Origin: Squalus acanthias
Taxonomy: Eukaryota
DNA: 64,000 nucleotides
Assembly: GCA_030390025.1 (NCBI GenBank)
Contig: CM059432.1
Span: 30,630,001-30,694,000, forward strand
Direction: 5' to 3'
Shown: in pieces, positions 44,434 to 56,575 of the stretch
How the letters are laid out: every line of letters begins with the position of its first letter
Position numbering within the stretch: the first letter of the stretch is position 1
Made by a program: the position numbers and the translations under genes
The notes under the pieces: generated by a model
Seen by the model: the letters and a program-made list of their open reading frames with translations, nothing else
Told to the model about the DNA's origin: nothing
The model's database searches: none

Positions 44434-47385
44434 ATGACAACAGAGAGGGTCATAGACATAGGTAGCAGTAGGGGAATCACAAATCAGAGCGTGGCAGGAA
44501 GGGACAAAGTGTGTGGAGTAAAAGGTAAAGTGGTAAAAAGTGAAAAAGCAGGAACTAAGTGCCACAAAGCATATTTGAAAGTTCTCTATCTGAATGCATG
44601 TAGCATTCGTAACAAAATAGACGAGTTAATGGCACAAATAACTACATATGGTTATGATATTGTGGCCATTACAGAAACATGGCTGCAGGGTGACAATGCC
44701 TGGGAATTAAACATACCAGGTTATTTAACGATCAGGAAGGACAGGCAGGAAGGAAGGGGAGATGGGGTGGCTATGTTAATAAAGGAAGGAATCACTGTAA
44801 TACAGAGTAATGATATTGGGTCAAAAAATCATGATAATGAAACAGTTTGGGTGGAGATAAGGAATAATAAGGGGAAAAAAACACTAGTGGGCGTAGTCTA
44901 TAGGCCTCCGAACAGTTGCAACTCTGTTGGACGGAGTATCAATCAGGAAATAGTTGAGGCATGTAATAAGGGAACATCTATAATTATGGGGGATTTTAAC
45001 TATCATATTAATTGGACAAATCAAATGGGGCAGGGCTGCCTTGAGGATGAGTTCTTTGAGTGTATTAGGGATGGGTTTCTTGAGCAGTATGTAACTGAAC
45101 CGACCAGAGGGCAAGCAACCTTAGATCTGGTCCTGTGTAACGAGACAGGATTAATTAAAAATGTCCTAGTAAAGGATCCCCTTGGAATGAGTGACCATAA
45201 CATGGTTGAATTCCATATTCAATTAGAGGGTGAGAAGGTTGGATCTCAAACAAGCGTGCTAAGCTTGAATAAAGGAGACTATGAAGGTATGCGAGTGGAA
45301 TTGAGTAGAGTGGATTGGGAAAATAGATTAAAGGGTAAGACGACACATGATCAGTGGTGTACATTCAAGGAGTTATTTTACAACTTCCAAAAAATATATA
45401 TTCCACTGAAAAGAAAAGGGTGTAAAAGAAAGGACAGTCATCCGTGGCTAAGTAAAGAAATTAAGGATAGTATTCGACTAAAAACAAGGGCATATAAGGT
45501 AGCGAAATCTAGTGGGAGGACAGAGGATTGGGAAAAATTTAAAAGGCAGCAAAAAATAACAAAAAGATTGATTAAGAAAGGGAAGATAGATTATGAAAGT
45601 AAATTAGCAAAAAATATAAAAACAGATAGTAAGAGTTTTTATAGTTATATAAAAAGAAAAAGGGTGGCTAAAGTAAATGTTGGTCCCTTAGAGGATGAGA
45701 CCGGGAAATTAATGGTGGGAAATATGGAGATGGCAAAAACACTGAATGAATATTTTGTATCAGTCTTTACAGTAGAGGACACTAAGAATATCCCAACACT
45801 GGACAAACAGGGGGCTATAGGGGGAGAGGAGCTAAACACGATCAAAATCACTAAGGAAGTGGTACTCGGTAAAATAATGGGACTCAAGGCGGATAAATCA
45901 CCTGGACCTGATGGCTTACATCCTAGAGTCTTGAAGGAAGTGGCGGTAGGGATTGTAGATGCATTGGTAATAATTTTTCAAAACTCCCTGGATTCCGCTA
46001 AGGTCCCGGCAGACTGGAAAACTGCTAATGTAACACCCTTATTTAAAAAGGGCAGTAGACAGAAGGCTGGTAACTATAGACCGGTTAGCCTAACATCTGT
46101 GGTAGGTAAAATTTTGGAGTCCATTATTAAGGAAACAGTAACAGGACATTTGGATAATCATAATTTAATAGGACAAAGTCAGCATGGTTTTACGAAGGGG
46201 AAGTCATGTTTGACAAATTTGCTGGAGTTCTTTGAGGAAGTAACATATAGAGTGGATAAAGGGGAACCAGTGGACGTAGTGTATTTAGACTTCCAAAAGG
46301 CATTTGACAAGGTGCCACACAAAAGATTATTGCTTAAGGTAAAAAATCACGGGATTGGGGGTAATATTCTGGCATGGATAGAGGATTGGCTATCTAACAG
46401 AAAGCAAAGAGTTGGGATAAATGGTTCATTCTCAGACTGGCAATCAGTAACTAGTGGTGTTCCACAGGGGTCAGTGCTGGGTCCCCAACTCTTTACAATC
46501 TATATTAACGATTTGGAGGAAGGGACCAAGTGTAACATATCAAAATTTGCAGATGATACAAAGATGGGAGGGAAAGTAGTGAGTGAAGAGGACATAAAAA
46601 ACCTGCAAGGGGACATAGACAGGCTAAGTAAGTGGGCAGAGATTTGGCAGATGGAATACAACACTGGAAAGTGTGAGGTGATGCACTTTGGCAGGAAAAA
46701 TCCTAGAGCAATTTATTATCTTAATGGCAAGAAACTGGAGAGTACTGAAGTGCAAAGGGATCTGGGGGTCCTGGTGCACGAAACTCAAAAGGTTAGTATG
46801 CAGGTGCAGCAAGTGATTAAGAAGGCAAATGGAATGTTGGCTTTCATTGCTAGGGGGATAGAATATAAAAATAGGGAGGTATTGCTTCAGTTGTACAAGG
46901 TATTGGTGAGACCGCACCTGGAATACTGCATACAGTTTTGGTGTCCTTACTTAAGGAAAGACATCCTTGCTCTCGAGGCAGTGCAAAAAAGGTTCACTCG
47001 GTTAATCCCGGGGATGAGGGGGTGGTCATATGAGGAGAGGTTGGGTAGATTGGGACTCTACTCATTGGAGTTCAGAAGAATGAGAGGCGATCTTATTGAA
47101 ACATATAAGATTGTGAAGGGGTTGGATCGGGTGGATGCGGGCAGGATGTTCCCGATGACGGGTGAGACTAGAACTAGGGGACATAGTCTTAGAATAAGGG
47201 GCTGCTCTTTCAAAACTGAGATGAGGAGGAACTACTTCACTCAGAGGGTGGTAGGTCCATGGAATATGCTGCCACAAAAAGCTGTAGAAGCTACATCATT
47301 AAATAAATTTAAAACAGAAATAGACAGTTTCCTAGAAGTAAAGGGCATTAAGGGTTACGGGGAGCGGGCAGGAATTTGGACATGA
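44434..47385 (+). CDS. CR1 ORF2, full-length 983 aa endonuclease/reverse transcriptase
   Basis: ATG start and no stops. Motifs YLNACS, ITETWL, VYRPP, GDFN, SDHN, YRPVSLTS, YLDFQKAFD, GVPQGSVLGP, FADD. Confidence 0.93.
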   Translation: MTTERVIDIGSSRGITNQSVAGRDKVCGVKGKVVKSEKAGTKCHKAYLKVLYLNACSIRNKIDELMAQITTYGYDIVAITETWLQGDNAWELNIPGYLTIRKDRQEGRGDGVAMLIKEGITVIQSNDIGSKNHDNETVWVEIRNNKGKKTLVGVVYRPPNSCNSVGRSINQEIVEACNKGTSIIMGDFNYHINWTNQMGQGCLEDEFFECIRDGFLEQYVTEPTRGQATLDLVLCNETGLIKNVLVKDPLGMSDHNMVEFHIQLEGEKVGSQTSVLSLNKGDYEGMRVELSRVDWENRLKGKTTHDQWCTFKELFYNFQKIYIPLKRKGCKRKDSHPWLSKEIKDSIRLKTRAYKVAKSSGRTEDWEKFKRQQKITKRLIKKGKIDYESKLAKNIKTDSKSFYSYIKRKRVAKVNVGPLEDETGKLMVGNMEMAKTLNEYFVSVFTVEDTKNIPTLDKQGAIGGEELNTIKITKEVVLGKIMGLKADKSPGPDGLHPRVLKEVAVGIVDALVIIFQNSLDSAKVPADWKTANVTPLFKKGSRQKAGNYRPVSLTSVVGKILESIIKETVTGHLDNHNLIGQSQHGFTKGKSCLTNLLEFFEEVTYRVDKGEPVDVVYLDFQKAFDKVPHKRLLLKVKNHGIGGNILAWIEDWLSNRKQRVGINGSFSDWQSVTSGVPQGSVLGPQLFTIYINDLEEGTKCNISKFADDTKMGGKVVSEEDIKNLQGDIDRLSKWAEIWQMEYNTGKCEVMHFGRKNPRAIYYLNGKKLESTEVQRDLGVLVHETQKVSMQVQQVIKKANGMLAFIARGIEYKNREVLLQLYKVLVRPHLEYCIQFWCPYLRKDILALEAVQKRFTRLIPGMRGWSYEERLGRLGLYSLEFRRMRGDLIETYKIVKGLDRVDAGRMFPMTGETRTRGHSLRIRGCSFKTEMRRNYFTQRVVGPWNMLPQKAVEATSLNKFKTEIDSFLEVKGIKGYGERAGIWT

Positions 47386-48799
47386 GTCTAGGTTCGGATC
47401 CGGTCATGGCCCTGTGGGTAGTGGAGCGGGCCCAGGGACCGTGTAGCCTGATTCTGCTCCTATTTCGTGTGTGCAATTCTGTTAGATGCAGGAGATGGTT
47501 CTGTGATAGATAGTAGATTGGCGGTTAGGATCAGATCAGCCATGATCTTATTGAATGGCGGAGCAGGCTCGGGGGGCCGATTGGCCTACTCCTGCTCCTA
47601 TTTCTTATGTTCTTATGTTCTTAAAACAGAGAGATATTACTTGTTCACATGCATTAGTTTATATAATGAAAGTCAAGTAAATGGAAATTTTTATATGGTT
47701 ATAAAATCTGTCCACGTAAAATGTATGTATGTAAAATCAGCTTATATAATAACTTTTCTATAATAATTCTTTCTTATATCTGTAACTTTTAGTTTCTTGA
47801 GAAAATTATTATTTTTTAAACAGTCTGTTTCTTCGATGTTGTAGATGTCAGTGTTGTCCTGGCCTCAATGAAACCACTGCAGTGGCTGAAAAAAAGGTGT
47901 TTATCCACATCCATCTGGCTCCCATGCCTAATTGTGTGATAAAAAGAAAAGAGATATACCAGTGTGCTAAAAAAAGGCAATAATACAGCTGCAGAAATGC
48001 AAGACAGAATATCTGTGTGGAAATGGATGGTTTCATAGCGGAATGCTAAAGTGCCTTCTTCACCATTACACAAGACCCAGAAAAAACAAAGAAACTGGAG
48101 GAGAGAGAGATTTATTAACCATACACGGGAAAAAAATACATAGAGGATGCTTTAGGGAGTTTGAGGTAAAGTGTATCTTAGTTATCACAGTGCTCCTAAT
48201 AACTCATTCACAGCTTCTTACTTGTGAATTATCCTATGTTCAACTAGCTTCCATGGTTCCCAGGTGAAGCATATCAGTTATTTATTCATCTATTTGTACA
48301 AGGCTACTAAAGCAACCGTCCTCAGAAAATGCAGAATAGTTCTACAGAATGCATATTAAGTTATAACGTTTCAGAGTTGGCTCTCAAGTCAACCAGCTTT
48401 CTGGTTTCGATTAGCTGTACACAATCTGTCAGTGCCAAGAATAAAAGCTTGTAAAACAATGTATACTCTGTGCTGATGTTTCTCTTTCCTAATACGGATA
48501 TAGGACACAGAATTAGTCGCTACATTTATTTTAGTGTTATTTTATTTATTCAAATGCTATTTCCAATGGCAAAAATAAAAATATATGAATGAACATCTTG
48601 GCTTTCAAAATTCCATCAGTGAGACTATCTCATCTGCCAATTGTTAACCAAAGGTCTGTTTTTTTCAGTAAGATGTCCAGAAATTTCTAAAAGATAAACC
48701 AAATACTGTTTTTCCCCCACTTACATCCCTGTTTCATGGTGTGGAGGTGTTAAGTAATGAGGTTTCAAATGAATTTTCATTATATTTAATTTATGTTTT

Positions 48800-49200
48800 T
48801 AAAAATGTGTTATTGAGATGGGACCAACATTCATTGCCTGTCCCTAATTGCCCTGAGAAGGTGTTGCTGGGGCTTCTCCTTGAACGACTAGCAATTGTTT
48901 AAAATTGGATGGTTTACTAAAACACTTCAGAGAGCATTAAGAGTCAACCCTATAGAGTGGGACTTGGAGTCACATGTAGGCAGGTAGGGCTAGTAGGATC
49001 CCTTCCCTGAAGGACATTGGTGAACCAGTTGGGTTTTTGCAACAATCCAGCAGCTCTCATGGTCAGTTTTTCTCCTTGGTGCTAGTCCATAAATTACCAG
49101 ATTTATTGAATTAAATTTGACAGCTTGTCATGGAGTAATTTGAACTCATGATTGCAGGTTTGTCAATTCAGTATCTTAACCGTTATGCTACCCTACATGT
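48800..49200 (-). mobile_element. SINE family B, diverged
   Basis: Similar to 39270-39643 (CCCTAATTGCCC, TAAGAGTCAAC, CCTTCCCTGAAGGACATT). Confidence 0.7.
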
Positions 49201-50187
49201 CTTTTAGAACCCAAGCTGTAATCCTACCTTTTTATCCCATGTCTCCCCATCTAATTTTGGACTCTTTGCAAAAGATGGCAAACCTACGTAACCATGGCTC
49301 CCTGCCAGAGCCACAGTTGTACCCACCAAAATATCCAGAATTTTCCATATGGATACATATTCAAAATATGGCTGTGGTGTGTTTGGAACATTTTCCATTG
49401 AGGTCTGCTTGGAACTGGGACAAAAATCTGTTTTTACCAAGTGTGCACTCTTTGCTTTCTACAATGGTCAGTTATAATCTGAGACAAGACTGGATCCGGA
49501 TAAAGGATAAATAAGGGGCACTACTCTGGTCAGTGTTCCTTTGAAATAAACTATCCTACAAGCTTATCCTCCTCCCTCCATCTTCACTGTGTTGAAACCA
49601 AGACTCCTATTGTTATTGTATCTTTCCCATAAGCTCAAACCAGTCTTCCCTTCTTCGTATAATTTTCTGGCTTTTAAAACCCAACCTTGGCATCACCGCA
49701 CCACTACTTTCTGATTTACCTGGTCTTCATTTCTACTGTTTTCACCCATGCTGATCCAGCACTATGGACCTTGGCCAGTTCCCTAGGCTGTTAAATAATA
49801 AGGCTTTTCATGGAAACTTGGATCTATATCTAAAGTTGGGTCTAGATATACAAGTATATCTCTACTTGAAGCAGTTGGAAATGAAATAATCCCAACCATC
49901 AGATCATCTCATTAAACAAAATGGATTCAAGTGCAGTGCATTTGGAATCAATTGGTTGTTGGGAAAATGCCCTTAAAGCAAGCAAGTAAGCAAGACTTGC
50001 ATTTCTATAGCGCCTTTCACGACCTCAGGACATCCCAAAGCGCTTCACAGCCAATTAAGTACTTTTTGAAGTGTAGTCACTTTTGTAATGGAGGAAAAAA
50101 CATTTTCTTGTTAGTAACTTGCATCAGCTATTTTTGTATATTACTTCAGAAACACTTGCCACAGGAGTTAGTGCTTAACCTATTGTT

Positions 50188-50344
50188 CATGATGCGGAGA
50201 TGCCGGTGTTGGACTGGGGTGGACAAAAGTGAGAAGTCGCACAACACCAGGTTATAGTCCAACAGGTTTATTTGAAATCACAAGCTTGTGATTTCAAATA
50301 AAGCTGTTGGACTATAACCTGGTGTTGTGCGACTTCTCACTTTT
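50188..50344. mobile_element. Penelope-terminus fold-back insertion flanked by the 13-bp direct repeat TTAACCTATTGTT
   Basis: Homologous to 18232-18324. 60+60 bp palindrome at 50225-50344. Direct repeats at 50175-50187 and 50343-50355. Confidence 0.8.
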
Positions 50345-50616
50345 AACCTATTGTTGTCATTGTCTCTGTTGTGTTATATCTACAGCAGAGTCTCACAGAT
50401 ATCATTCTCTTAAGGTTGTCACAGGCAGACGTGACCTCATGTTAATGTATCAGTAAAAAAAACCACAGCCAACAATGTAGCACTCCCTCTGCCATACACT
50501 GAAGTGCCACTCTCGATTCAGTGGTCAAGTCCTGTATTGAGGTGTGAACCCCAAATTACCTTACTCAGAGATGTGAGTGCTGCCAAGTGAACTAATCTGA
50601 CACTTATGTGCTATAT

Positions 50617-51060
50617 AAGAACAAAAGAACATAAGAATTAGGAGCAGGATTAGGCCATACGGCCCTTCGAACCTGCTCCACCATTCAGTAAGATCATGGC
50701 TGATCTTCGACCTCAACTCCACTTTCCCGCCCGATCCCCATTTCCCTTGATTCCCTTAGAGTCAAAAATTGACCTATCTCAACCTCGAATATATTCAACG
50801 ACTCAGCATCCACAACCCTTTGGGGGTAGAGAATTGCAAAGATTTACAACCCTCTGTGTGAAGAAATTCCTCCTCATCTCAGTCTTAAATGGCCAACCTC
50901 ATATCCTGAGACAATGCCCCCTAGTTCTAGACTCTCCAGCCAGGGGAAACAACCTCTCAGCATCCACCCTGTCAATCCCCCTCAGAATCTTATCTGTTTC
51001 AATGAGATCACTTCTCGTTCTTCTAAACTCCAGAGAATATAGGCCCAATCTTCCCAATAG
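50617..51060 (-). mobile_element. CR1 3' fragment
   Basis: RLGLYSLEFRRTRSDLIET...; (AAGAACAT)-type tail at ~50617-50637. Confidence 0.88.
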
Positions 51061-51707
51061 GCCCAATCTACAATCTGCTACAGAGGGGTAGAACTGCCCA
51101 TGGGATTCTCCCAATCACCTGATGTAACTTCAGCAGAAGATTGGTGGAGATCTTGGTGAAAATTCTACTTATGCTGTTTATGCAGGGCTTCTGCTATTCT
51201 TCCACGGAAGTTATGTTAGGAGATCAGGAGATCCTCCTTGGAAATTTCAGGCAAATGTGTTTTCGAGGACTGATTTCCACATCCCCAGCTCTTCCACTGA
51301 CCTCAACTTGATGGCGTAGCCATTCATTCACTTGCCCCAAGTCCTTCCTAGCCCGATGATCCAAGATATGAAAAAGGTTACATAACTATAACATTAATTT
51401 ATGTTCATTCTTTATAGATTCTGACTGATCTGCTGTGATTTTGTTTCAGATTTCTGGGATTTGCAGTCTCTTTTTATGTTTCTTGTTGTTTGGCCTTGAC
51501 TGCTTCCTGGCCCATCCTGAGTGTCTCTTAGTTCACCTGGGTATCTGCCACAAGTGCTATTAGCCTACTTTCTCACTCGCCGGTTTTTAGTATTTGCTCT
51601 CCAACAGTCTCAAAAGGTATTTTCCTTTGTCTTTTTCATCAGCGTGAAATTCACACTTCAAATGAAGCTCTGTGGAAAGAATCACTTTTTAAAAAGGATT
51701 CTACATT

Positions 51708-52452
51708 ATCTTCTTCTTCTCTTCTTAGCCAGTCCCTCGGAACCGAGGATGACTTGCTTCCACATTAAAAATGAGTTCTCAGGTGACTGATGAGTCCAAT
51801 GCGGGACCTACAGTCTCTGTCACAGGTGGGGCAGATGGTGGTTGAAGGGGCGGGTGGGTTGGGTGCTTGGGTTGACGTGCGCTCCTTGCGCTGCCTGCGC
51901 TTGGCTTCCGCTTGCTCCCGGCGAAGAGACTCGAGGTGTTCGGCGCCTTCCTGGATGCTTCTCCTCCACTTTGTGCGGTCTTGGGCCAGGGATTCCCAGG
52001 TGTCGGTGGGGATGTTACACTTTTTCAAGGAGGCTTTGAGGGTGTCCTTGAAGCATTTCCTCTGCCCACCTGGGGCTCTCTTGCTGTGCCGGAGCTCCAA
52101 GTAGAGCACTTATTTTGGGAGTCTCGTATAGGGCATGCGGACAATGTGACCCGTCCATCGGAGCTGATCGAACGTGGTCAAAGCTTCGATGCTGGGGATG
52201 TTGGCCTGAGCGAGAACACTGACGTTGGTGCGCCTATCCTGCCAATGGATTTGCAGGATCTTGCAGAGGCAGCGTTGGTGGTACCTCTCCAATGCTTTGA
52301 GGTGCCTGCTGTACATGGTCCATGTCTCTGAGGCATACAGCAGGGCGGGTATCACTGCTGCTCTGTAGACCAAGAGATTAGTGCCGGGTTTGAGGTCCTG
52401 GTCTTCAAACACTCTCTTCCTCAGGTGACTGAAGGCTGCACTGGCACACTGG
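51708..52452 (-). mobile_element. RTE-clade LINE 3' fragment
   Basis: LLYASETWT, QLRWTGHIVRMP..RLPK, GGQRKCFKDTLK and a C-terminal CPTC...HLRTH zinc finger. (AAG)n tail. Confidence 0.88.
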
Positions 52453-53060
52453 CACTACATTATAATGATACAAAGTTAGGTGGACAGTAAGCTGTGAGGA
52501 GAGCACAAAGAGTCTGCAAAGGGATATAGATAGACTAAGTGAGTGGGCAGTAAGGTGGCAGATCGAGTATAATGTAGGGAAATGTGAGGTGATTCACTTT
52601 GGTAGGAAAAATAAAAAAACAGAATATTTTTTAAATGGTGAGAAACTTTCAAATGTTGGTGTTCAGAGAGATTTGGGTGTCCTCGTGCAAGAAACACAGA
52701 AAGCTAGCATGCAGGTACAACAAGCAATAAGGAAGGCAAATGGCATGTTGGCCTTTATTGCAAGGGGGTTGGAGTATAAGAGTAAGGAAGTCTTGCTACA
52801 ATTGTACAGGGCCTTGGTGAGACCACACCTGGAGTACTGTGCAATTTTGGTCTCCTTATTTAAGGAAGGATATACTTGCCTTGGAGGCGGTGCAACAAAG
52901 GTTCACTAGATTGATTCCTGGGATGAGAGGGCTGTCCTATGATGAGAGATTGTGTAGAATGGGCCTATTCTCTCTGGAGTTTAGAAGAATGAGAGGTGAT
53001 CTCATTGAAACATACATGATTCTGAAGGGGATTGACAGGGTAGATGCTGAGAGGTTATTT

Positions 53061-54191
53061 TGAAGGGATAATTACTAGTCCTAGCCCCTTTAGGGCTACC
53101 CCGGATCAGGCGTATTTCTCAGATGTTCACTTTCAACTAAAGTTTGAGGTAGCCAAACCCTAAAGACGCTTAATTGGGTCTAAAGGTCCGGGCTATCTCT
53201 TCCTAAAGGAAAGGAACAACCCGAGAATGTTACCGTCCTCCAGATAGCGCTTTTAATAAGTTTAGCTAGACTGTAACGTTCCGGATATTATGAGGGTTCG
53301 GAAAACTCCCTCAGAATTCTGCAACTCCTCACCAAAGAGTGTACAGAGATTGAGTTTGTGAGTTTTTGATACAGAAGTCTTATGTGAGACAATTCTAAAA
53401 ATATATAGATTTATTAAAGAACCGACATGTAATTTACAGTTGGTGAGTCAATCAATCGCAACATTAACAGTTCTAAAAAGAGAAAAAATGCTATCTTATT
53501 ATTAACAGAGAATCTTACTTTTAAATCTTAACTTCACTCCAGTATTACAGTCTTAAAGTTCTTATACAGGATATCCACCAATATCAAATACCTTTGATCC
53601 CCGAGGTACAAAGAGTTGGAGACTACAAAGCTGCCTCTGAAGCCAAGAATCGCTTTGCCCGATTAAAGCGAGTCTGTTATCCCATTTGAGAGTTCAATAT
53701 TTATACCATTTTCCAGTGGTATTTCCTTTCGGGTTTTCTGTTGATGCAAGCTAATTATCTCTCGTAATTTTTCTGCTGACCTCTGCAACTCTTACTGCCA
53801 CCTCAGCCAGAATCATGTCTCATCTCTAGGTGTTCTAAGTTTACCATATAAAAACGGTGTGACGGCAGGTGTTCCTTACTTTATGTCATCTTTACGAGGG
53901 CAGATGTTCCTTATCTTATGTGCTTCTTTACTAAGTGTAAATTAGAACACCTTGTTTTTTTCCCAAAAGATCAGCCTGTCGGAGCCCTTCACCTTCTGTT
54001 TCAATAAGGTTATTTATTCAGGGTCAACAACTGTCTTATCTCAATAGCCAGAATGCCTTCATAACTATTTCATAGTTAGGTTTCTAAATTTCCAAATTTC
54101 CAAACCCAGTTTGTCATGTTTTAATAAGGCCAGAATTCTTTCATAAGATAGTGTATTTTTCTGAATAGGTTATATGGCTTATTCCTTCACA
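53061..54191 (-). mobile_element. Solo LTR (~1.13 kb) with 4-bp TSD ATTT
   Basis: Inverted ends TGAAGGGATAA...TTATTCCTTCACA. ATTT at 53057-53060 and 54192-54195. Minus-strand TATAAA at 53700-53705 lies upstream of AATAAA at 53410-53415. Confidence 0.8.
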
Positions 54192-54344
54192 ATTTCCCCT
54201 GGCTGGTGTGTCTAAAACTAGGGGGCATAGTCTCAGGATAAGGGGTAGGCCATTTAAGACTGAGATGAGGAACAATTTCCTCACTCAGAGGGTTGTGAAT
54301 CTTTGGAATTCTCTGCCCCAGAGGGCTGTGAATGCTGAGTCTTT

Positions 54345-54793
54345 GGGCTGGATTTTGAATGACCCGTGGAGTCGGGTTTGGAGGCGTGTGGGGGGTTAGA
54401 GTAGCAGATCCCGACTCCCGACTCCCGACTCCGACTCCCGACTCCAACACACCTCCACGCAATTTTGACAAAATGGGTCGCGGGATTCCTGACTCCGTCC
54501 CGCCTTTAAGAGGTGCGAGAGGCCATTAACGCTCTTAACTATCCCTAAATTGGCTCTGTAATGCCATTTTGAAACGTTTTAGCTAGTTTAACCCTTTTCC
54601 GACATGAAATATGCCTGATGTGAAACACGCCAGTGAAACCTGGCGGGAGCACATGTGGATAGCTGACTATCAGCTGCAGGTCCACTATTACAACAGAGAT
54701 GTGATGAAGGGACAGTAGTAATATTAGGTGTAAAAGTCACCTCTGATGCTGCTGCATGGAATGGCATTTGCTGTGAGAGGACCTGGATGCACA

Positions 54794-54830
<37 letters not shown>

Positions 54831-55068
54831 ATTTTGCATCCAGGTCCTCTCACCAAAAGCCAGGCAGTTAGTCTCTGACCTGCAATGACGACATCATCAG
54901 AGGCGACTTTCAGACTGAAACCACTAATTGGTTCATGGGTTCCCACATGCTGGAACTCAATTACCCAATTAAGTGAAAATTGCATCATTCATCCACATTC
55001 ATCCACATTAATCTGGAGTCGAGGGGGGTAACACGACCCCAACCCGACCCCAAGACAAAATCCAGCCC
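54345..55068. mobile_element. Harbinger-type MITE with perfect 13-bp TIR GGGCTGGATTTTG
   Basis: TIRs at 54345-54357 and 55056-55068. Internal (CCCGACT)n and (CT)n tracts. No clean TSD. Confidence 0.85.
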
Positions 55069-55774
55069 AAATATTGAAGGCTGAGATAGATAGATTTTTG
55101 GACTCTAGCGGAATCAAGGGATATGAAGATCGGGCGGGAAAGTGAAGTTGAGGTTGATGATCAGCCATGATCTTATTGAATGGCGGAGCAGGCTCGAGGG
55201 GCCTTATGGCCTACTCCTGCTCTTATTTCTTATGTTCTTATAAGGATGAATACGTCTAGGGACTGATAATGCGATGGCAGGCTCCTCATATTATCAGGCA
55301 CGGAGGCCCAAGGTATTCATTATGTCCAAGGCACCTAACATGCCACGATATGGGCAGCTAGCATCTACCAAGGGGCATCCCCATAATGCACCTGGAGGGC
55401 CTGAGTAGTAATTGAATTACAAAGTGTCCATTTATTACAGGTACTGAAAAGGAATAATTGTGAATCGGTCCAATTGCCTAGAAGCTGATTGAAGCTGAGA
55501 AAAAACTGGGGGGTGGAGGGGGGGAGTGGAAGGACCATGCGTCCCCCATGGATGAGTGCCAATTTTTGGGCGCATCGGATAGGGGAGTGCCAATGATGCA
55601 CCCAAAGTGATGCTTGTACCTGCCTACTCCATCTAAATTAGCTCCCCTTCACTGACCTACAAACTCTGGTGGGGTCAGTGTTGGAGGGCAGCATCAGGCA
55701 TGATCCTGACGATTCAAGGAGCCTACTTCCACTTAAGAGAACATTGTCCAGTTGTGGCACTACTTCAACCTGAC

Positions 55775-56090
55775 CATTGCAAAAACCCTCATCCACAACT
55801 TCATCAACTCAAAGCTCAACTTCGACAAAACTTTCCTCATCAGCCCCACCCTATATAAACTCCAGCTCTGCAGTCCATATCTACCTATCGCAAATTCTTA
55901 TACCACCCACCTTCACTGTCCCCATTGATCTCCAACTTCGATCGCCTGGGCTTCTCCACTTCCTCTACTCCACCATCAATGGCAGAGCCTTCAGCTAACA
56001 CACTTTCATCTGGAATTCTTTTCCTAAATTTTTTTCCTTGCTAACTCCCTCGCTGATTTAAACGCCTTCTGAAAACGTTAACCATGCCTT
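55775..56090 (+). mobile_element. Decayed L2 3' fragment
   Basis: Similar to 4215-4690 (CTCATCCA..., CTCCACCATCAATGGCAGAGCCTTCAGCT). Confidence 0.55.
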
Positions 56091-56119
56091 TAACTGTTCT
56101 CTCATTACCTGATGGTATT

Positions 56120-56575
56120 AATTGCTTCCTCAGTGGTAGCACTCTCTGTCAGAAGGTTGTGGGTTCAAGCCCCACTCCAGAGACTTAAGCACAAAATCTC
56201 GGCTGACACTTCAGCGCAGTACTGAGGGAGTTTCACACTGTTGGAGATGCCGTCTTTCAGATGAGATGTTAAACCGGGGCCCTGTCTGACCTCTCAGGTG
56301 GATGTAAATGATCCAATGGCACTATTTAAAAGAAGAGCTGGGGAGTTCTCCCCCATGTCCTGGTCAATATTTATCCCTCAACCAACATCACTCAACAAAA
56401 CACAGATTATCTGCTCATTATCACATTGCTGTTTATGGGACCTTGCTGTACGCAGATTGGCTGCCATGTGTCCTACATTACAAGAGTGACTACATTTCAA
56501 AAGTACTTTATTAGCTGAAAAGCACTTTGGGAAATCCTGAAGTCATGGAAGACGCTATTAATGTTAGTTTTTTCT
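56120..56575 (+). mobile_element. SINE family A, full length
   Basis: Head CTCAGTGGTAGC...GGTTCAAGCCCC. Reverse complement of 3493-3964. Confidence 0.85.

Larger units (their letters stand above)
43703..47622 (+). mobile_element. Young CR1 LINE truncated within ORF1
   Basis: ORF1 3' part, complete ORF2, and a 3' UTR ending (TTCTTATG)n. Confidence 0.95.
52465..55240 (+). mobile_element. CR1 3' fragment split by a solo LTR and a MITE
   Basis: CR1 pieces 52465-53060, 54192-54344 and 55069-55240 are colinear. Confidence 0.88.
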
